Shown here in pieces: positions 1 through 10,063 of a DNA stretch of 64,000 nucleotides (position 1 is the first letter of the stretch; each line of letters starts with the position of its first letter). The notes below the pieces were generated by a model, which saw nothing but the letters and a program-made list of their open reading frames with translations, did no database searches and was not told the origin of the DNA. The translations under genes were made by a program, and so were the position numbers. The stretch lies in contig CP070630.1 of assembly GCA_020356025.1 (NCBI GenBank), positions 1,831,697 through 1,895,696 on the forward strand, read 5' to 3'. Origin of the DNA: Dehalococcoidia bacterium (GTDB lineage: Bacteria; Chloroflexota; Dehalococcoidia; SM23-28-2).

Positions 1-414
1 CAGAAACATCTTGCGCAGGTTCTCGGCCTGGACCTCCTGTTCCCTGTCTCCCTGCTCGGGGGCCTGCCAAGGGATCTGGCCCAGCTTGGTGACGCCATCC
101 ACCAGCTTGGCCACCTCCGACCCGAACTGCTTCTGGATGGCTCCATTCTCGACGCCGCAGTCCTCCTGCACATCGTGGAGAACAGCCGCGGCGACGGCGT
201 CGGCATCCAGCTGGAGTTCGACTATGGTCAGAGCTGTATGAAGGGGATGAGTGATAACAGGGTCGCCCGAGAGGCGCATTTGCCCCGCGTGACGCTCAGC
301 AGCGAACTGGTAGGCCTCCTTGACCAGGGTCACGCCCTTGGCGGGAAGATACTGACTTGCCTTGTCGAAGAGCTCCTCAGCCTCCGCGAGCACCTGGTCA
401 CCGTTGCTGCGCAT
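1..414 (-). CDS. RelA/SpoT-family (p)ppGpp synthetase/hydrolase, N-terminal HD-domain part (gene runs off window start)
   Basis: Manual minus-strand translation from ATG (complement of cat 412-414): MRSNGDQVLAEAEELFDKASQYLPAKGVTLVKEAYQFAAERHAGQMRLSGDPVITHPLHTA...AAVLHDVQEDC...AKLVDGVTKL, the classic RelA/SpoT HD region. Absent from ORF track because no stop lies inside the window. Confidence 0.8.
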   Translation of the reverse strand, partial: MRSNGDQVLAEAEELFDKASQYLPAKGVTLVKEAYQFAAERHAGQMRLSGDPVITHPLHTALTIVELQLDADAVAAAVLHDVQEDCGVENGAIQKQFGSEVAKLVDGVTKLGQIPWQAPEQGDREQEVQAENLRKMFL

Positions 415-482
415 GCCTTAGTCTAGCACCTTTGCCCAGCTTTGCGCCACGCCCGTCTTTACAGATCGGGGGCCCCTTCTGT

Positions 483-1772
483 ATGCTCAGGTCGATGAGT
501 CCTCTTTATCGAGCCCCACGGGGAACGGTCGACGTCCTGCCCCAGGAGCAGCCCTACTGGGAGCACGTCTACCAAACGGCTACCCACCTCTGCCAGCTTT
601 ACGGCTACTCTCGCATCGACACGCCCGTATTCGAGGACGCCTCCCTCTTCGCCCGTGGCGTGGGCCAGACCACCGACATCGTCCAGAAGGAGATGTACGT
701 CTTCCAGGATCGCGGCGGCGAGATGATGGCCCTGCGACCCGAGGGCACGGCCAACGTCTGCCGGGCCTACATCCAGCACGGCATGCGCAACCTGCCCCAG
801 CCCGTCCGCCTGTACTACTGGGGTCCGGCCTTCCGCTACGACCGCCCCCAGGCGGGCCGGCAGCGCCAGTTCACCCACTTCGGCTATGAGGCCATCGGCG
901 TAGACGACCCCGCCCTGGACGCCGAGGTCATCGAGTTCGCCTGGCGTCTCTATCAAGAGCTCGGCCTCACCGACCTCTCCCTCCAGCTCAACAGCATCGG
1001 CGACCCCAATTGCCGGCCCAGCTATCTGACGGCTCTCAACGCCTACTACGAGGACAAGCTGGGCAGCGTTTGCCCCGACTGCCGCGCCCGCTTCCAGAAG
1101 AACCCATTGCGCCTGCTGGACTGCAAGGTCGAGGGCTGCCAGCCGATCATCGACGCCGCGCCCCCCTTCATCGACTACCTCTGCGAGGCGTGCGCCCACC
1201 ACTTCCAGGAGCTGTGCTCCTACCTGGAGGCCCTGGCCATCCCCTACACCCTGAACCCCCGCCTGGTGCGAGGGCTGGACTACTACACCCGCACCGTCTT
1301 CGAGATCCAGCCGCCCGAGGAGGGAGCCCAGAACACCGTCGGCGCTGGCGGCCGCTACGACGGCCTCATCGAGGAGCTGGGCGGCAAGCCCACGCCGGCT
1401 ATCGGCCTTGCCACTGGCGTCGAGCGTATTATCGTCAACCTCAAGCGGGCCAAGGTACCCATCGCTGCCCTTGACAGGCCGGCGGTCTTCGTCGTCTACC
1501 AGACGGCCGCTGCCCGTCCGACCGCCGCCAAGCTGGCCAGCGAGTTGCGCCGCGCCGGCATCGCCGCCGTCATGGCCGTAGGCGGCCGCAGCCTTAAGGC
1601 CCAGATGCGCCAGGCCGACGCTGCCGGCGTGCTCTACACCGCCATCCTGGGGAAGGAAGAGCTCGCCACCGACACCGTGAACCTGCGCCGCATGGAGGAT
1701 GGCCACCAGGAGCGGGTGGCCAGCAAGGACGTTCGTCGCCTGATTGCCAAGGGCCTTCGCCAGACCAGATAG
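483..1772 (+). CDS. hisS: histidine--tRNA ligase
   Basis: ORF 357..1772; HisRS hallmarks RAPRGTVDVLP near N-terminus, MMALRPEGT, GAGGRYDGLIE. Start trimmed to ATG 483 (alternative ATG 495); the 42 aa upstream are Pro/Arg-rich and look non-coding. Confidence 0.9.
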   Translation: MLRSMSPLYRAPRGTVDVLPQEQPYWEHVYQTATHLCQLYGYSRIDTPVFEDASLFARGVGQTTDIVQKEMYVFQDRGGEMMALRPEGTANVCRAYIQHGMRNLPQPVRLYYWGPAFRYDRPQAGRQRQFTHFGYEAIGVDDPALDAEVIEFAWRLYQELGLTDLSLQLNSIGDPNCRPSYLTALNAYYEDKLGSVCPDCRARFQKNPLRLLDCKVEGCQPIIDAAPPFIDYLCEACAHHFQELCSYLEALAIPYTLNPRLVRGLDYYTRTVFEIQPPEEGAQNTVGAGGRYDGLIEELGGKPTPAIGLATGVERIIVNLKRAKVPIAALDRPAVFVVYQTAAARPTAAKLASELRRAGIAAVMAVGGRSLKAQMRQADAAGVLYTAILGKEELATDTVNLRRMEDGHQERVASKDVRRLIAKGLRQTR

Positions 1773-1796
1773 CGCCCTTCCTCGCCCAGGAGCGTT

Positions 1797-1808
1797 TGTG
1801 CTATAATC
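1797..1808 (+). promoter_or_regulatory. extended -10 promoter box TGTGCTATAAT upstream of prfA
   Basis: tgtgctataat at 1797-1808, 34 nt before prfA ATG; no recognisable -35 at the 17-nt spacing. Confidence 0.45.
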
Positions 1809-1817
1809 CAGTAGTGG

Positions 1818-1837
1818 AAAGCCCCCAGCGGGGCTTT
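1818..1837 (+). other. short GC hairpin aaagcccc-cagc-ggggcttt between the -10 box and the prfA start
   Basis: Stem aaagcccc/ggggcttt with a 4-nt loop seen directly; could be a hisS terminator or a prfA 5' leader structure. Confidence 0.35.
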
Positions 1838-1841
1838 ATGT

Positions 1842-2927
1842 ATGTTGGTAGCGGATATGTGGGACAAGCTGGAAGGCATCGAAGCACGATACGAGGAACT
1901 GGCCCAGGAAATGGCCCAGCCGGAGGTGGCGGCCGATTTCCAGCAGTTGCAGGCCCTCGCCAAGGAGCACGCCTCCCTCGAGGCCATCGTCTCCCTCTAT
2001 CGCGAGTACAAGCGCGTTGACGCCGCCCTGGCCGAAGCCCAGTCGCTGGCCGACGAAAGCCCTGACCGCGAGCTCGCGGCCATGGCCCGCGACGAGGCGA
2101 CTCAGCTCACCGAGCAGCGCCAGCGCCTGGACGAGGAGATTCGCCGTGCCCTCCTCCCCAAGGATCCCTACGACGAACGTCCCGTGATCATGGAGATCCG
2201 CGCCGCCGCCGGCGGCGGCGAGGCCGCCCTCTTCGCCGCTGACCTCTTCCGCATGTACAGCCGCTTCGCTGAGCGCCAGGGCTGGCCTGTGGAGGTTATG
2301 TCGAGCCACCCCAGCGACCTCGGCGGCTTCAAGGAGATCATCTACGAAGTGCGAGGCCGTGGCGCCTACTCCCGCCTGAAGTACGAGGGTGGCGCCCATC
2401 GCGTGCAGCGCATTCCCGTCACCGAGGCCGGTGGCCGCATCCACACCTCCACCGCCACTGTCGCCGTCCTGCCTGAGGCCGAGGAAGTCGACCTGGAGAT
2501 CAACGAGGACGACCTGCGCATCGACATCTTCCGCGCCGGCGGCCACGGCGGCCAGAACGTGAACAAGCTGTCCACCGCCGTTCGCATCACCCACATCCCC
2601 TCCGGCACTACCGCCGTCTGCCAAGACGAGCGCTCGCAGCTCAAGAACAAGCTTAAGGCTCTCACTGTCCTGCGGGCCCGCCTCCTGGACGTAGAGCAGA
2701 AGCGCCAGCACCAGGAGATCAGCCAGGCTCGTCGCGCCCAGGTGAAAAGCGGCGAGCGCGCGGAGAAAGTCCGCACCTACAACTTCCCCCAGGATCGCGT
2801 GACCGACCACCGAGTTAGCCTCACCCTCCACAATCTGCCTTCCATTCTCGATGGCGAGATCGACGACATCATCGACGCCCTGGCCACCGAGGAGCAGGCC
2901 AAACGTCTCCAAGAGACCCTGGCGTGA
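1842..2927 (+). CDS. prfA: peptide chain release factor 1
   Basis: 361 aa; GGQ motif (RAGGHGGQNVNK), RF1-type PVT tripeptide (QRIPVTEAGGRIHTS); alternative start ATG 1857. Confidence 0.93.
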   Translation: MLVADMWDKLEGIEARYEELAQEMAQPEVAADFQQLQALAKEHASLEAIVSLYREYKRVDAALAEAQSLADESPDRELAAMARDEATQLTEQRQRLDEEIRRALLPKDPYDERPVIMEIRAAAGGGEAALFAADLFRMYSRFAERQGWPVEVMSSHPSDLGGFKEIIYEVRGRGAYSRLKYEGGAHRVQRIPVTEAGGRIHTSTATVAVLPEAEEVDLEINEDDLRIDIFRAGGHGGQNVNKLSTAVRITHIPSGTTAVCQDERSQLKNKLKALTVLRARLLDVEQKRQHQEISQARRAQVKSGERAEKVRTYNFPQDRVTDHRVSLTLHNLPSILDGEIDDIIDALATEEQAKRLQETLA

Positions 2928-3787
2928 CCCTAGCGGAAGCCCTGCGCTGCGCCGCCAAGCACCTCGCCGCCCTCGAAATCCTCGAAACGTCCAATCCCCA
3001 CCTGGAAGCGGAGCTTCTGCTACAACACGCCCTAGGCTTCAACCGAACCCAGCTCTATCAGCGCCTCCGCGACGAGATGCCGCCCGACAAGGAGACAGCC
3101 TATCATGACCTCGTCTGGCGACGCCTATGCGGCGAGCCCACGCCCTACATCACCGAGCGAACCGACTTCTGCGACATCGAACTGACGGTGACCCCCGCTG
3201 CTGCTATCCCCCGTCCGGAGACGGAGCTTCTGGTGGAGGAGGCATCGGTTTTGGCTGGCAAGCGCCTGCAGGACACCCCCTCCCTTACCATCGTGGACGT
3301 CGGCACCGGCTGCGGTGCCATCGCCCTGGCCCTTGCCACTCGTCTGCCCTCGCTGCAGATCATCGCCACCGATATCTCCCCGGCGGCCCTCGCCCTGGCC
3401 CAACGCAACGCTGAAAGACTCGGCCTGGCGTCCTCCCTGCGCTTCCTCTGCACTGATCTCCTCGCGTCCGTAAGGCAGCCGGTTGACATCGTTGTTGCCA
3501 ACCTTCCCTACGTCAGGTCAGCCGAGTGGAAGACCCTGCCCGTCGAGATCCGCTGCTATGAGCCGCGAGAGGCCCTGGACGGCGGCCCCGACGGGCTGCG
3601 GGTCATCGACCGTCTGCTGCGCCAGGCGCCGCCCCTTTTACGCTCCGGCGCTGCCCTTCTTCTGGAGATAGGCTACGATCAGGGACCGCCCGTGGCAGCC
3701 CTCGCCTCGGAAGTCTTCCCCGACGCGGCGGTCGAGATCAAGAAGGATCTGGCCTCCCTGGATCGCCTGGTAATCATTCAACTCTAG
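2924..3787 (+). CDS. prmC: release factor glutamine N5-methyltransferase (HemK/PrmC)
   Basis: 4-nt overlap with prfA; SAM motif I VDVGTGCGAIALAL and NPPY-type motif VANLPYV. Confidence 0.88.
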   Translation: MTLAEALRCAAKHLAALEILETSNPHLEAELLLQHALGFNRTQLYQRLRDEMPPDKETAYHDLVWRRLCGEPTPYITERTDFCDIELTVTPAAAIPRPETELLVEEASVLAGKRLQDTPSLTIVDVGTGCGAIALALATRLPSLQIIATDISPAALALAQRNAERLGLASSLRFLCTDLLASVRQPVDIVVANLPYVRSAEWKTLPVEIRCYEPREALDGGPDGLRVIDRLLRQAPPLLRSGAALLLEIGYDQGPPVAALASEVFPDAAVEIKKDLASLDRLVIIQL

Positions 3788-4076
3788 CGTCTTATGGGCG
3801 TATCTTAGGGGCATCTTTGGCGTTGTGATTACTGTCAGCGGCCGCTGGGAGAGATAAGGTCGAGGGGACACAACGGAGGTGCGTGCTGCTGGCGCTTCTG
3901 GCCGGCCTGCTGCTGATCGCCGTTTGCAGTAGGGAGATACAAGCGGCGACAGACCACAGAAGCGGCCTCCAGAAGCCTCTGATGGGTGGGTGAACCCTCA
4001 CCTACATTTTCCAGCGGCCGCTGGACCGCGATCACGACCACCGGTCACAGCGAGGCCTGAGGACCGGGCACAGACC

Positions 4077-5219
4077 CTACCTGCGCTGCGCTAGCTGGTG
4101 CTTCTTGCCTTCTGTCTTGATCGAGGGCGCTACGATGAGCTCCACGTTGTGGAACTCATTGATAGTCTGGGCCCCGCACATCCCCATGGCGCTGCGAGTG
4201 GCCCCCACCAGGTTCTCCGTGCCGTCGGTCCGAGACGTGGGGCCGAAGAGCAGACGCTCCAGTGTGGTATTCACGCCTACATGAATGCGAGTGCCGCGCG
4301 GAAGCTGAGCGTGGCCGGTGGACATCCCCCAGGAGTAGCCCTGGCCGGGCGACTCCTCCGTGCCGGCGAAGATAGAGCCCAGCATCACTCCGTCAGCGCC
4401 GGCGGCCAGCGCCTTGCAGACATCGCCGCCGGTGCGCATGCCGCCGTCGGTGATCACGGCCACATAGCGGCCCGTCTCCCGATGATGCTCGTCGCGAGCG
4501 GCGGCGCACTCGATGGTCGCCGTAACCTGCGGCACGCCCACTCCCAGCACCTCGCGAGTTGTGCAAATGGCGCCTGGGCCCACGCCCACCAGCACGCCCG
4601 CGATCCCCGTTTCCATCAGCTCCTTGCAGGCGCCATAGGTGACGGTGTTGCCCACCACCACCGGCACCGGCAGTTGCTGGCAAAGCTCCGGCAGGACTAG
4701 GCCCCGAATGCTGCGCGAGATGTGGCGAGCCGTGGTCACGGTCGCTTTGACCGTGAAGATGTCGGCGCCAGCCTCCACTGCCACCGGCGCCAGACGCTTG
4801 GTGTTCGCCGGCGTGGCTGAAACCGCGCACACGGCTCCCGCGGCCTTGATCTCGCCGACCCGCTCGCCGACCAGTTCCTCCCGGATAGGCTGTGAGTACA
4901 CCTTCTGGATGACGGCCGTAGCTTCCTCATCGCCAGCCGAGAGGATCTCCGCCAGGGCGGCACCGGGATCGCTGTAGCGTGTCTGGAGGCCCTCCAGGTT
5001 CAGGAGCGCCAGGCCGCCCATCTGGTGGAACGCGACGGCGAAGCGGGGATCGACCACGGCATCCAGGTCGGCCGCCAGAACGGGTATGGCAAAGCGGAAG
5101 CGGCCGAGGGTGAAAGAGGCGTCGCTCAGCTCGGGGTTCACGGTCACATCGCCCGGAACGATGGCTACATCGTCGAATCCATAGGCCGGCCGTAGCTCCT
5201 TGAGATGCGGCACAATCAT
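4077..5219 (-). CDS. GuaB3-type IMP dehydrogenase-related protein (no CBS pair)
   Basis: 380 aa TIM-barrel IMPDH-like; catalytic-loop-like [20 protein letters not shown]; too short to carry CBS domains. Confidence 0.8.
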   Translation of the reverse strand: MIVPHLKELRPAYGFDDVAIVPGDVTVNPELSDASFTLGRFRFAIPVLAADLDAVVDPRFAVAFHQMGGLALLNLEGLQTRYSDPGAALAEILSAGDEEATAVIQKVYSQPIREELVGERVGEIKAAGAVCAVSATPANTKRLAPVAVEAGADIFTVKATVTTARHISRSIRGLVLPELCQQLPVPVVVGNTVTYGACKELMETGIAGVLVGVGPGAICTTREVLGVGVPQVTATIECAAARDEHHRETGRYVAVITDGGMRTGGDVCKALAAGADGVMLGSIFAGTEESPGQGYSWGMSTGHAQLPRGTRIHVGVNTTLERLLFGPTSRTDGTENLVGATRSAMGMCGAQTINEFHNVELIVAPSIKTEGKKHQLAQRR

Positions 5220-5363
5220 CGCCCTGTCGCCTCCCTGCCCTGCTTCCTGCCGTCTCGATTATTGCCCAAAATATATCAGAGCCCCTAGGCTCAGTCAATA
5301 AGAATTTCCCCGAAAAAGGTCAAAATTGTGAAAAGAGATAAGCAGCTGACTCTTACGGCATGC

Positions 5364-5372
5364 TGCTATAAT
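5364..5372 (+). promoter_or_regulatory. extended -10 box TGCTATAAT upstream of rsmI
   Basis: tgctataat at 5364-5372, 23 nt before the ATG at 5396, in an AT-richer divergent intergenic region. Confidence 0.45.
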
Positions 5373-5395
5373 GAAGCGACCATCGAAGGAGCGCC

Positions 5396-6214
5396 ATGCC
5401 CACTCTGTACGTCGTGGCCACGCCCATAGGCAACCTGGAGGACGTCACCCTGCGGGCCCTGCGTGTCCTGCGAGAGGTCTCTCTCATCGCCGCCGAGGAT
5501 ACCCGCACCACCCGCAAGCTCCTCAGCCACTACAGGATCAAGGCTCGCCTCACCAGCTACCACGAGCACAATAAGGGGGCCAAGATCCCCCATATTCTGG
5601 ACGCCCTCCGACACGCTGACGTCGCCCTGGTCTCCGAATCGGGCATGCCGGGCGTGAGCGACCCCGGCTACGACCTGGTGGCAGCCGCGGCGGCGGCCGG
5701 GCTGCCAGTGGTGCCCGTGCCCGGCCCCTCGGCGGTGGTAGCCGCCCTGGCCGTCTCGGGTCTGCCCACCCGGCGGTTCGCCTACGTTGGCTTCTTCCCA
5801 CGCCGGAAGGGCGAGCGTCGTCGTCTCCTTTCTGCGCTGGCCGCTCAGTCTCAAACCATCGTCGCCCTCGAATCGCCCCATCGCCTGCTGGCTACTCTCT
5901 CTGATCTGCTGGCCGTCCTCGGCGACCGTCGTATCGCTGTCTGTCGCGAGCTCACCAAGCTGCACGAGGAGGTGTTTCGCGGCCGCACCAGCGAGGCCAT
6001 CGCCCACTTCCAGGAGCCTCGCGGCGAGTTCACCCTTGTGCTGGAGGGAGCGCCCCAGCCCGCGAAGGCCGTGGTGCCCACGGAGGCTGTCCTGACGGAG
6101 CTGCGCCAGCTTCGCCAGCAGGGCGTAGCTCCCCGCCAAGCGGTGACTCAGGTGGCCCAGCAGCTTGGCCTGCCGCGGCGGCAGGTGTACCGCCTCTGGC
6201 TGCAGCTACAGTGA
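5396..6214 (+). CDS. rsmI: 16S rRNA (cytidine1402-2'-O)-methyltransferase
   Basis: N-terminus LYVVATPIGNLEDVTLRAL...IAAEDTRTTRKLL, typical of RsmI tetrapyrrole-methylase-fold enzymes. Confidence 0.9.
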   Translation: MPTLYVVATPIGNLEDVTLRALRVLREVSLIAAEDTRTTRKLLSHYRIKARLTSYHEHNKGAKIPHILDALRHADVALVSESGMPGVSDPGYDLVAAAAAAGLPVVPVPGPSAVVAALAVSGLPTRRFAYVGFFPRRKGERRRLLSALAAQSQTIVALESPHRLLATLSDLLAVLGDRRIAVCRELTKLHEEVFRGRTSEAIAHFQEPRGEFTLVLEGAPQPAKAVVPTEAVLTELRQLRQQGVAPRQAVTQVAQQLGLPRRQVYRLWLQLQ

Positions 6215-6291
6215 GAGCCTGAGCAGTAATCGCCCAGCTATGCTAAAATTGCCGCGTAATCGCGTTTGCCTGCCTGCAGGCAGGAGGAGAT

Positions 6292-7959
6292 TTGTTGCCT
6301 GAAAAGATCTTCATCGGCATAGCTTGGCCCTACGCCAACGGCTCCCTGCACCTGGGTCAGATCGTCAGCTCCCAGCTTCCGGCCGACATCCTCGCCCGAT
6401 ACCACCGCACCAAGGGCAACCGTGTTCTCATGGTCTCCGGTAGCGATCAGCACGGCACTCCCATCACCGTCCGCGCCGAGCAGGAGGGCCGCTCACCTCA
6501 GGAAGTGGCTGCCCAGTTCCACGAGGAGTTCCTCGACTGCTGGCAGCGCCTGGGCATAACCTTCGACCTCTACACCACCACCGGCACCCAGAACCACGCC
6601 AGCGTCACCCACGACATCTTCCTGACCCTCCTAGACAAAGGCCATATCTACAAAGAGAGCATGCCCCTGCCCTACTGCCCCAACGATCGCCGCTTCCTCC
6701 CCGACCGCTACGTAGAGGGAACCTGCCCCTATTGCGGCTCCGCCGGTGCCCGCGGCGACCAGTGCGATGAGTGCGGTAAGACCCTCAACGCCGCCGAGCT
6801 TCTGGAGATGCGCTGCCGCCACTGTGGCACCACGCCAGAGATTCGCCAGTCGGACCACTTCTTCCTCCGCCTGAGCGCCTTCAACGAGCGTCTCAAGGAG
6901 TGGGTCAGCGACAAGGTTCACTGGCGCAAGGCCGTCCTCAACTGGACGATGGGCCTGCTCAACGAAGGGCTTCAGGATCGCGCGGTCACTCGCGACATCG
7001 AGTGGGGCGTAGCCATTCCCCTCGAGGGCTATGAAAACAAGCGCATCTACGTCTGGTTTGAGGCGGTCATCGGCTATCTGTCGGCGGCCAAGGAGTGGGC
7101 CCAGAATGGCGGCGACCCGGACGGCTGGCGAGAGTTCTGGCAGGACGGAGACTGCAAGAGCTACTACTTCTTGGGCAAAGACAATATTCCCTTCCACACT
7201 ATCATCTGGCCGTCCATGCTCATGGGCTACGGTGATCTCAATCTGCCCTACGATGTCCCTGCCAGCCAGTATCTCACCATGCGCGGCAGCAAGGCCTCCA
7301 CCAGCCGCAAGTGGGCCGTCTGGCTCCCCGACTACCTCTCGCGCTATGACCCCGACCCCCTGCGCTACTGCCTGTCGGTGACCATGCCCGAGACATCTGA
7401 CACCGACTTCACCTGGGCAGACTTCGTTCGCCGCAACAACGATGAACTGGTGGCCACCTGGGGCAACCTAGTGCACCGCGTCCTCACCTTCAACTATCGT
7501 CATTTCGATGGCGCCGTCCCCCAGCCGGGCGAGTTGGATGAAGCCGATCGTCGTCTACTGGAGCGCGCCGAGCAGAGCCTGGCCCAGGTGGGAGATGAGA
7601 TAGGTCGCTGCCACTTCCGCGGCGGCATCAGTGCTGCCATGGCCATGGCCCAGGAAGCTAACCGCTATCTGGAGGAGAAATCCCCCTGGAAGCTCATCCG
7701 TGACGACCGCCAGAAGACGGCCACCGCCCTCTATGCGGCCATCGGCGCCATCAACGCTCTGAAGACGGCTTTCTACCCCTACATGCCATTCACCTGCCAG
7801 CGCCTGCACGGCTACCTGGGCTACGATGGGCCCGTCCAAGATAGTGGCTGGCAGTTTGTCCCGCCGCCTCCCGGCCAGTCTATCGCCCAGCCGGAGCCCC
7901 TGTTCAAGAAGCTTGAGCCGCAGATAGTGGAGGAGGAAGAGGCCCGCCTGGGGCAATGA
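6292..7959 (+). CDS. metG: methionine--tRNA ligase (short form, no C-terminal tRNA-binding domain)
   Basis: TTG start after aggaggag; HIGH-like AWPYANGSLHLGQ, KMSKS-like KASTSRK, zinc knuckles CPYCGS...CDECG and CRHCG. Confidence 0.92.
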   Translation: MLPEKIFIGIAWPYANGSLHLGQIVSSQLPADILARYHRTKGNRVLMVSGSDQHGTPITVRAEQEGRSPQEVAAQFHEEFLDCWQRLGITFDLYTTTGTQNHASVTHDIFLTLLDKGHIYKESMPLPYCPNDRRFLPDRYVEGTCPYCGSAGARGDQCDECGKTLNAAELLEMRCRHCGTTPEIRQSDHFFLRLSAFNERLKEWVSDKVHWRKAVLNWTMGLLNEGLQDRAVTRDIEWGVAIPLEGYENKRIYVWFEAVIGYLSAAKEWAQNGGDPDGWREFWQDGDCKSYYFLGKDNIPFHTIIWPSMLMGYGDLNLPYDVPASQYLTMRGSKASTSRKWAVWLPDYLSRYDPDPLRYCLSVTMPETSDTDFTWADFVRRNNDELVATWGNLVHRVLTFNYRHFDGAVPQPGELDEADRRLLERAEQSLAQVGDEIGRCHFRGGISAAMAMAQEANRYLEEKSPWKLIRDDRQKTATALYAAIGAINALKTAFYPYMPFTCQRLHGYLGYDGPVQDSGWQFVPPPPGQSIAQPEPLFKKLEPQIVEEEEARLGQ

Positions 7960-8795
7960 CCATGCTCATCGACTCCCACTGTCACCTCCAGTTCGCCCAG
8001 TTCAATGATGACCGCGCTCAAGTCCTGGACCGAGCCTGGCAGGCCGGCCTGTCGGCCATTGTTGTGGTGGGGACGGATGCAGACGCCAGCCAGCGCGCCC
8101 TTGACCTGGCCGAGGCCCACCCGAACGTCTTCGCCGCAGTCGGCTGGCACCCCCACCAGGCCGCTCAGTTCGATGACGAGCAGCACCTGGCCCTGCGCCG
8201 TCTGGCCGAGTCCCCCAAGACGGTGGCCTTGGGCGAGATCGGCCTCGATTTCTATCGCCGCCTCTCGCCCCCGGAGACGCAGCGAGCCGTCTTCCAGCAA
8301 TTGCTTGACTTGGCCGGCGAGTTGCGCCTGCCGGTCGTCGTCCACTCCCGCGCCGCCGAGGACGAAGTCTTCGCCATCCTCTCAGGCTGGGCGGCCCAGG
8401 TGAAAGGTCAGTGGCCCCAAGAGCGGCCTCTGGGGATCGTGCATTGCTTCGGTGGCGACCTCGCCCTCGCCCTGCGCTACATCCAGCTGGGCTTCCTTGT
8501 CTCCATAGCAGCGAACGTCACCTACCCCAACGCCGGCCGCCTGGCGTCGGTGGTGGCCGGTCTCCCTCTGGAGCGCCTGCTGGTGGAAACGGACGCCCCT
8601 TACCTGACCCCCCAGTCGATGCGCCCCCAACGCAACGAACCCTCCTTCCTGGTGGAGACGGTGGGCAGAATAGCAGAAATACGCGCTCAGACCGTCCGAG
8701 AGGTGGCGGAGCAGACGAGTGCCAACGCCGCCGCCCTCTATGGCATTGCCCAGGTTGACGCCTCCGAGTCAGCAGACGAGAGAGAGACGCTGTGA
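7956..8795 (+). CDS. tatD: TatD-family metal-dependent hydrolase
   Basis: LIDSHCHLQ N-terminal motif, 279 aa, 4-nt overlap with metG. Confidence 0.88.
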   Translation: MTMLIDSHCHLQFAQFNDDRAQVLDRAWQAGLSAIVVVGTDADASQRALDLAEAHPNVFAAVGWHPHQAAQFDDEQHLALRRLAESPKTVALGEIGLDFYRRLSPPETQRAVFQQLLDLAGELRLPVVVHSRAAEDEVFAILSGWAAQVKGQWPQERPLGIVHCFGGDLALALRYIQLGFLVSIAANVTYPNAGRLASVVAGLPLERLLVETDAPYLTPQSMRPQRNEPSFLVETVGRIAEIRAQTVREVAEQTSANAAALYGIAQVDASESADERETL

Positions 8796-9757
8796 ACCTG
8801 GACTCCCTCTACGGCCCCGTCCACCAGGACCTCGACTTGGTCGACGAGACCATCGATGCCCTGAGGGACGTGGGCTTTGAGCCCATGGCCGAGATGCTGG
8901 ACCTGGTGCTGGCCGCGAGGGGCAAACGTTTGCGGCCAGCCCTTTCCCTCCTGGCAGGCAAGTTCGGCCGGTACAGGCTCGACCTTCTCGTCCCCCTGGC
9001 TGCCTCCATCGAACTGCTGCACACAGCCACCCTAGTACACGACGACGTCATCGATAACGCCGCCACCCGCCGCGGGCATCCCACTGCCAACAGCGTACTG
9101 CACAACACCACCACTGTGATGCTGGGCGACTATATGTTTGCCCACGCCGCCGACTTTGCCGCCAGCACCGGCAACATCGAGGTCATCCGCCTGTTCAGCC
9201 GGACCGTCATGACCATCGCCAGAGGCGAGATTGGCCAGGACATGACCGCCTACGACACCCGCCAGACTGTGCGTGAGTACCTCCAGCGCATCGGCGGCAA
9301 GACGGCCTCCCTGTTTGCCGCCGCCTGCCAGGGTGGGGCGCTCCTGGCCGACGCCAGCAGGGACCGGGTGGATGCTCTCAGAGACTACGGCTACAAGTTG
9401 GGCATGGCCTTCCAGGTCGTCGACGACATCCTCGATTTCGTAGGCGACGAGGAAGAGATGGGCAAGCCTGTGGGCAGCGACCTCAGTCAGGGCACCTTGA
9501 CCCTGCCTTCCCTCCTACTGCTCGACCGCTACCCCAAGAATAACCCCATACGGAAGCTGTTCGCCCACCGCCGGCGGCAGGAGTACCTCAGCCAGGCCGT
9601 CGAAATGATCCGCCAGTCGGATATCCCCCGAGAGTCCTATCAGATGGCGGAGGGTTTTGCCAGGGAAGCCGAGGAGGCGCTGACGGCCCTCCCGAAGAAC
9701 TCTGCCCGCCGCACCCTGCGAGACATCGTGGCCTACGTCTTGGAGCGCCAGAGCTAG
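8792..9757 (+). CDS. polyprenyl diphosphate synthase (long-chain trans-prenyltransferase family)
   Basis: Two Asp-rich motifs, LVHDDVID and QVVDDILD; GTG start overlapping the tatD stop. Confidence 0.88.
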   Translation: MNLDSLYGPVHQDLDLVDETIDALRDVGFEPMAEMLDLVLAARGKRLRPALSLLAGKFGRYRLDLLVPLAASIELLHTATLVHDDVIDNAATRRGHPTANSVLHNTTTVMLGDYMFAHAADFAASTGNIEVIRLFSRTVMTIARGEIGQDMTAYDTRQTVREYLQRIGGKTASLFAAACQGGALLADASRDRVDALRDYGYKLGMAFQVVDDILDFVGDEEEMGKPVGSDLSQGTLTLPSLLLLDRYPKNNPIRKLFAHRRRQEYLSQAVEMIRQSDIPRESYQMAEGFAREAEEALTALPKNSARRTLRDIVAYVLERQS

Positions 9758-9764
9758 ACGAAAG

Positions 9765-10049
9765 CTAGCTCCGGCCCCTGCTCGGCCGCTTCACCGGCTT
9801 CGGCCCGGGATGCTGCCGCATCCGCTTGGGCAGCGTCTTCACCTCTTTCCCAAGATGCCAGTAGGTGCCCTTGTCGGGGATACGACGGGGATAGCCGTCG
9901 CGGTAGGTGAAGGCCATGAACGAGGATAATATCCGCTGCCCGTCGCGCTGGCAGGCCGGGCAGGGCGCAGGAAGGACGGCCTCTTTGATCGGCCGCAGAG
10001 CCTCGAAGACGCCGTCGCAGTGCTGGCAGTAGTACTCGTAGAGAGGCAC
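9765..10049 (-). CDS. FmdB-family zinc-ribbon protein
   Basis: MPLYEYYCQHCD...CPACQ, the characteristic FmdB CxxC...CxxC ribbon. Confidence 0.8.
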   Translation of the reverse strand: MPLYEYYCQHCDGVFEALRPIKEAVLPAPCPACQRDGQRILSSFMAFTYRDGYPRRIPDKGTYWHLGKEVKTLPKRMRQHPGPKPVKRPSRGRS

Positions 10050-10063
10050 GGAAGCCTATCCTG

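Noticed and set aside
459-1706. Long antisense 'mirror' ORFs throughout the track (for example 459..1706-, 1836..2912-, 13704..15299+, 15880..17064+, 29226..30389+, 40441..41385-, 54570..55829-, 59784..60620-)
   Set aside because: Each lies opposite a gene with unmistakable family motifs (hisS, prfA, nuoN/M, der, thiolase-like, beta-helix protein, rph). Their translations are Arg/Gly/Ala/Pro-rich low-complexity sequence, typical of stop-poor frames in GC-rich DNA.
3883-3993. 36-aa hydrophobic mini-ORF (possible lipoprotein or small membrane peptide)
   Set aside because: GGAGG lies only 3 nt from the GTG, the lipobox is atypical (IAVC), and there is no supporting conservation evidence. It is mentioned only under the palindrome finding.
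6262-6292. Regulatory hairpin sequestering the metG SD (cctgcc-tgca-ggcagg overlapping ggcaggaggag)
   Set aside because: It is a 6-bp stem only and is compatible with chance, and no T-box or other known leader features are present.
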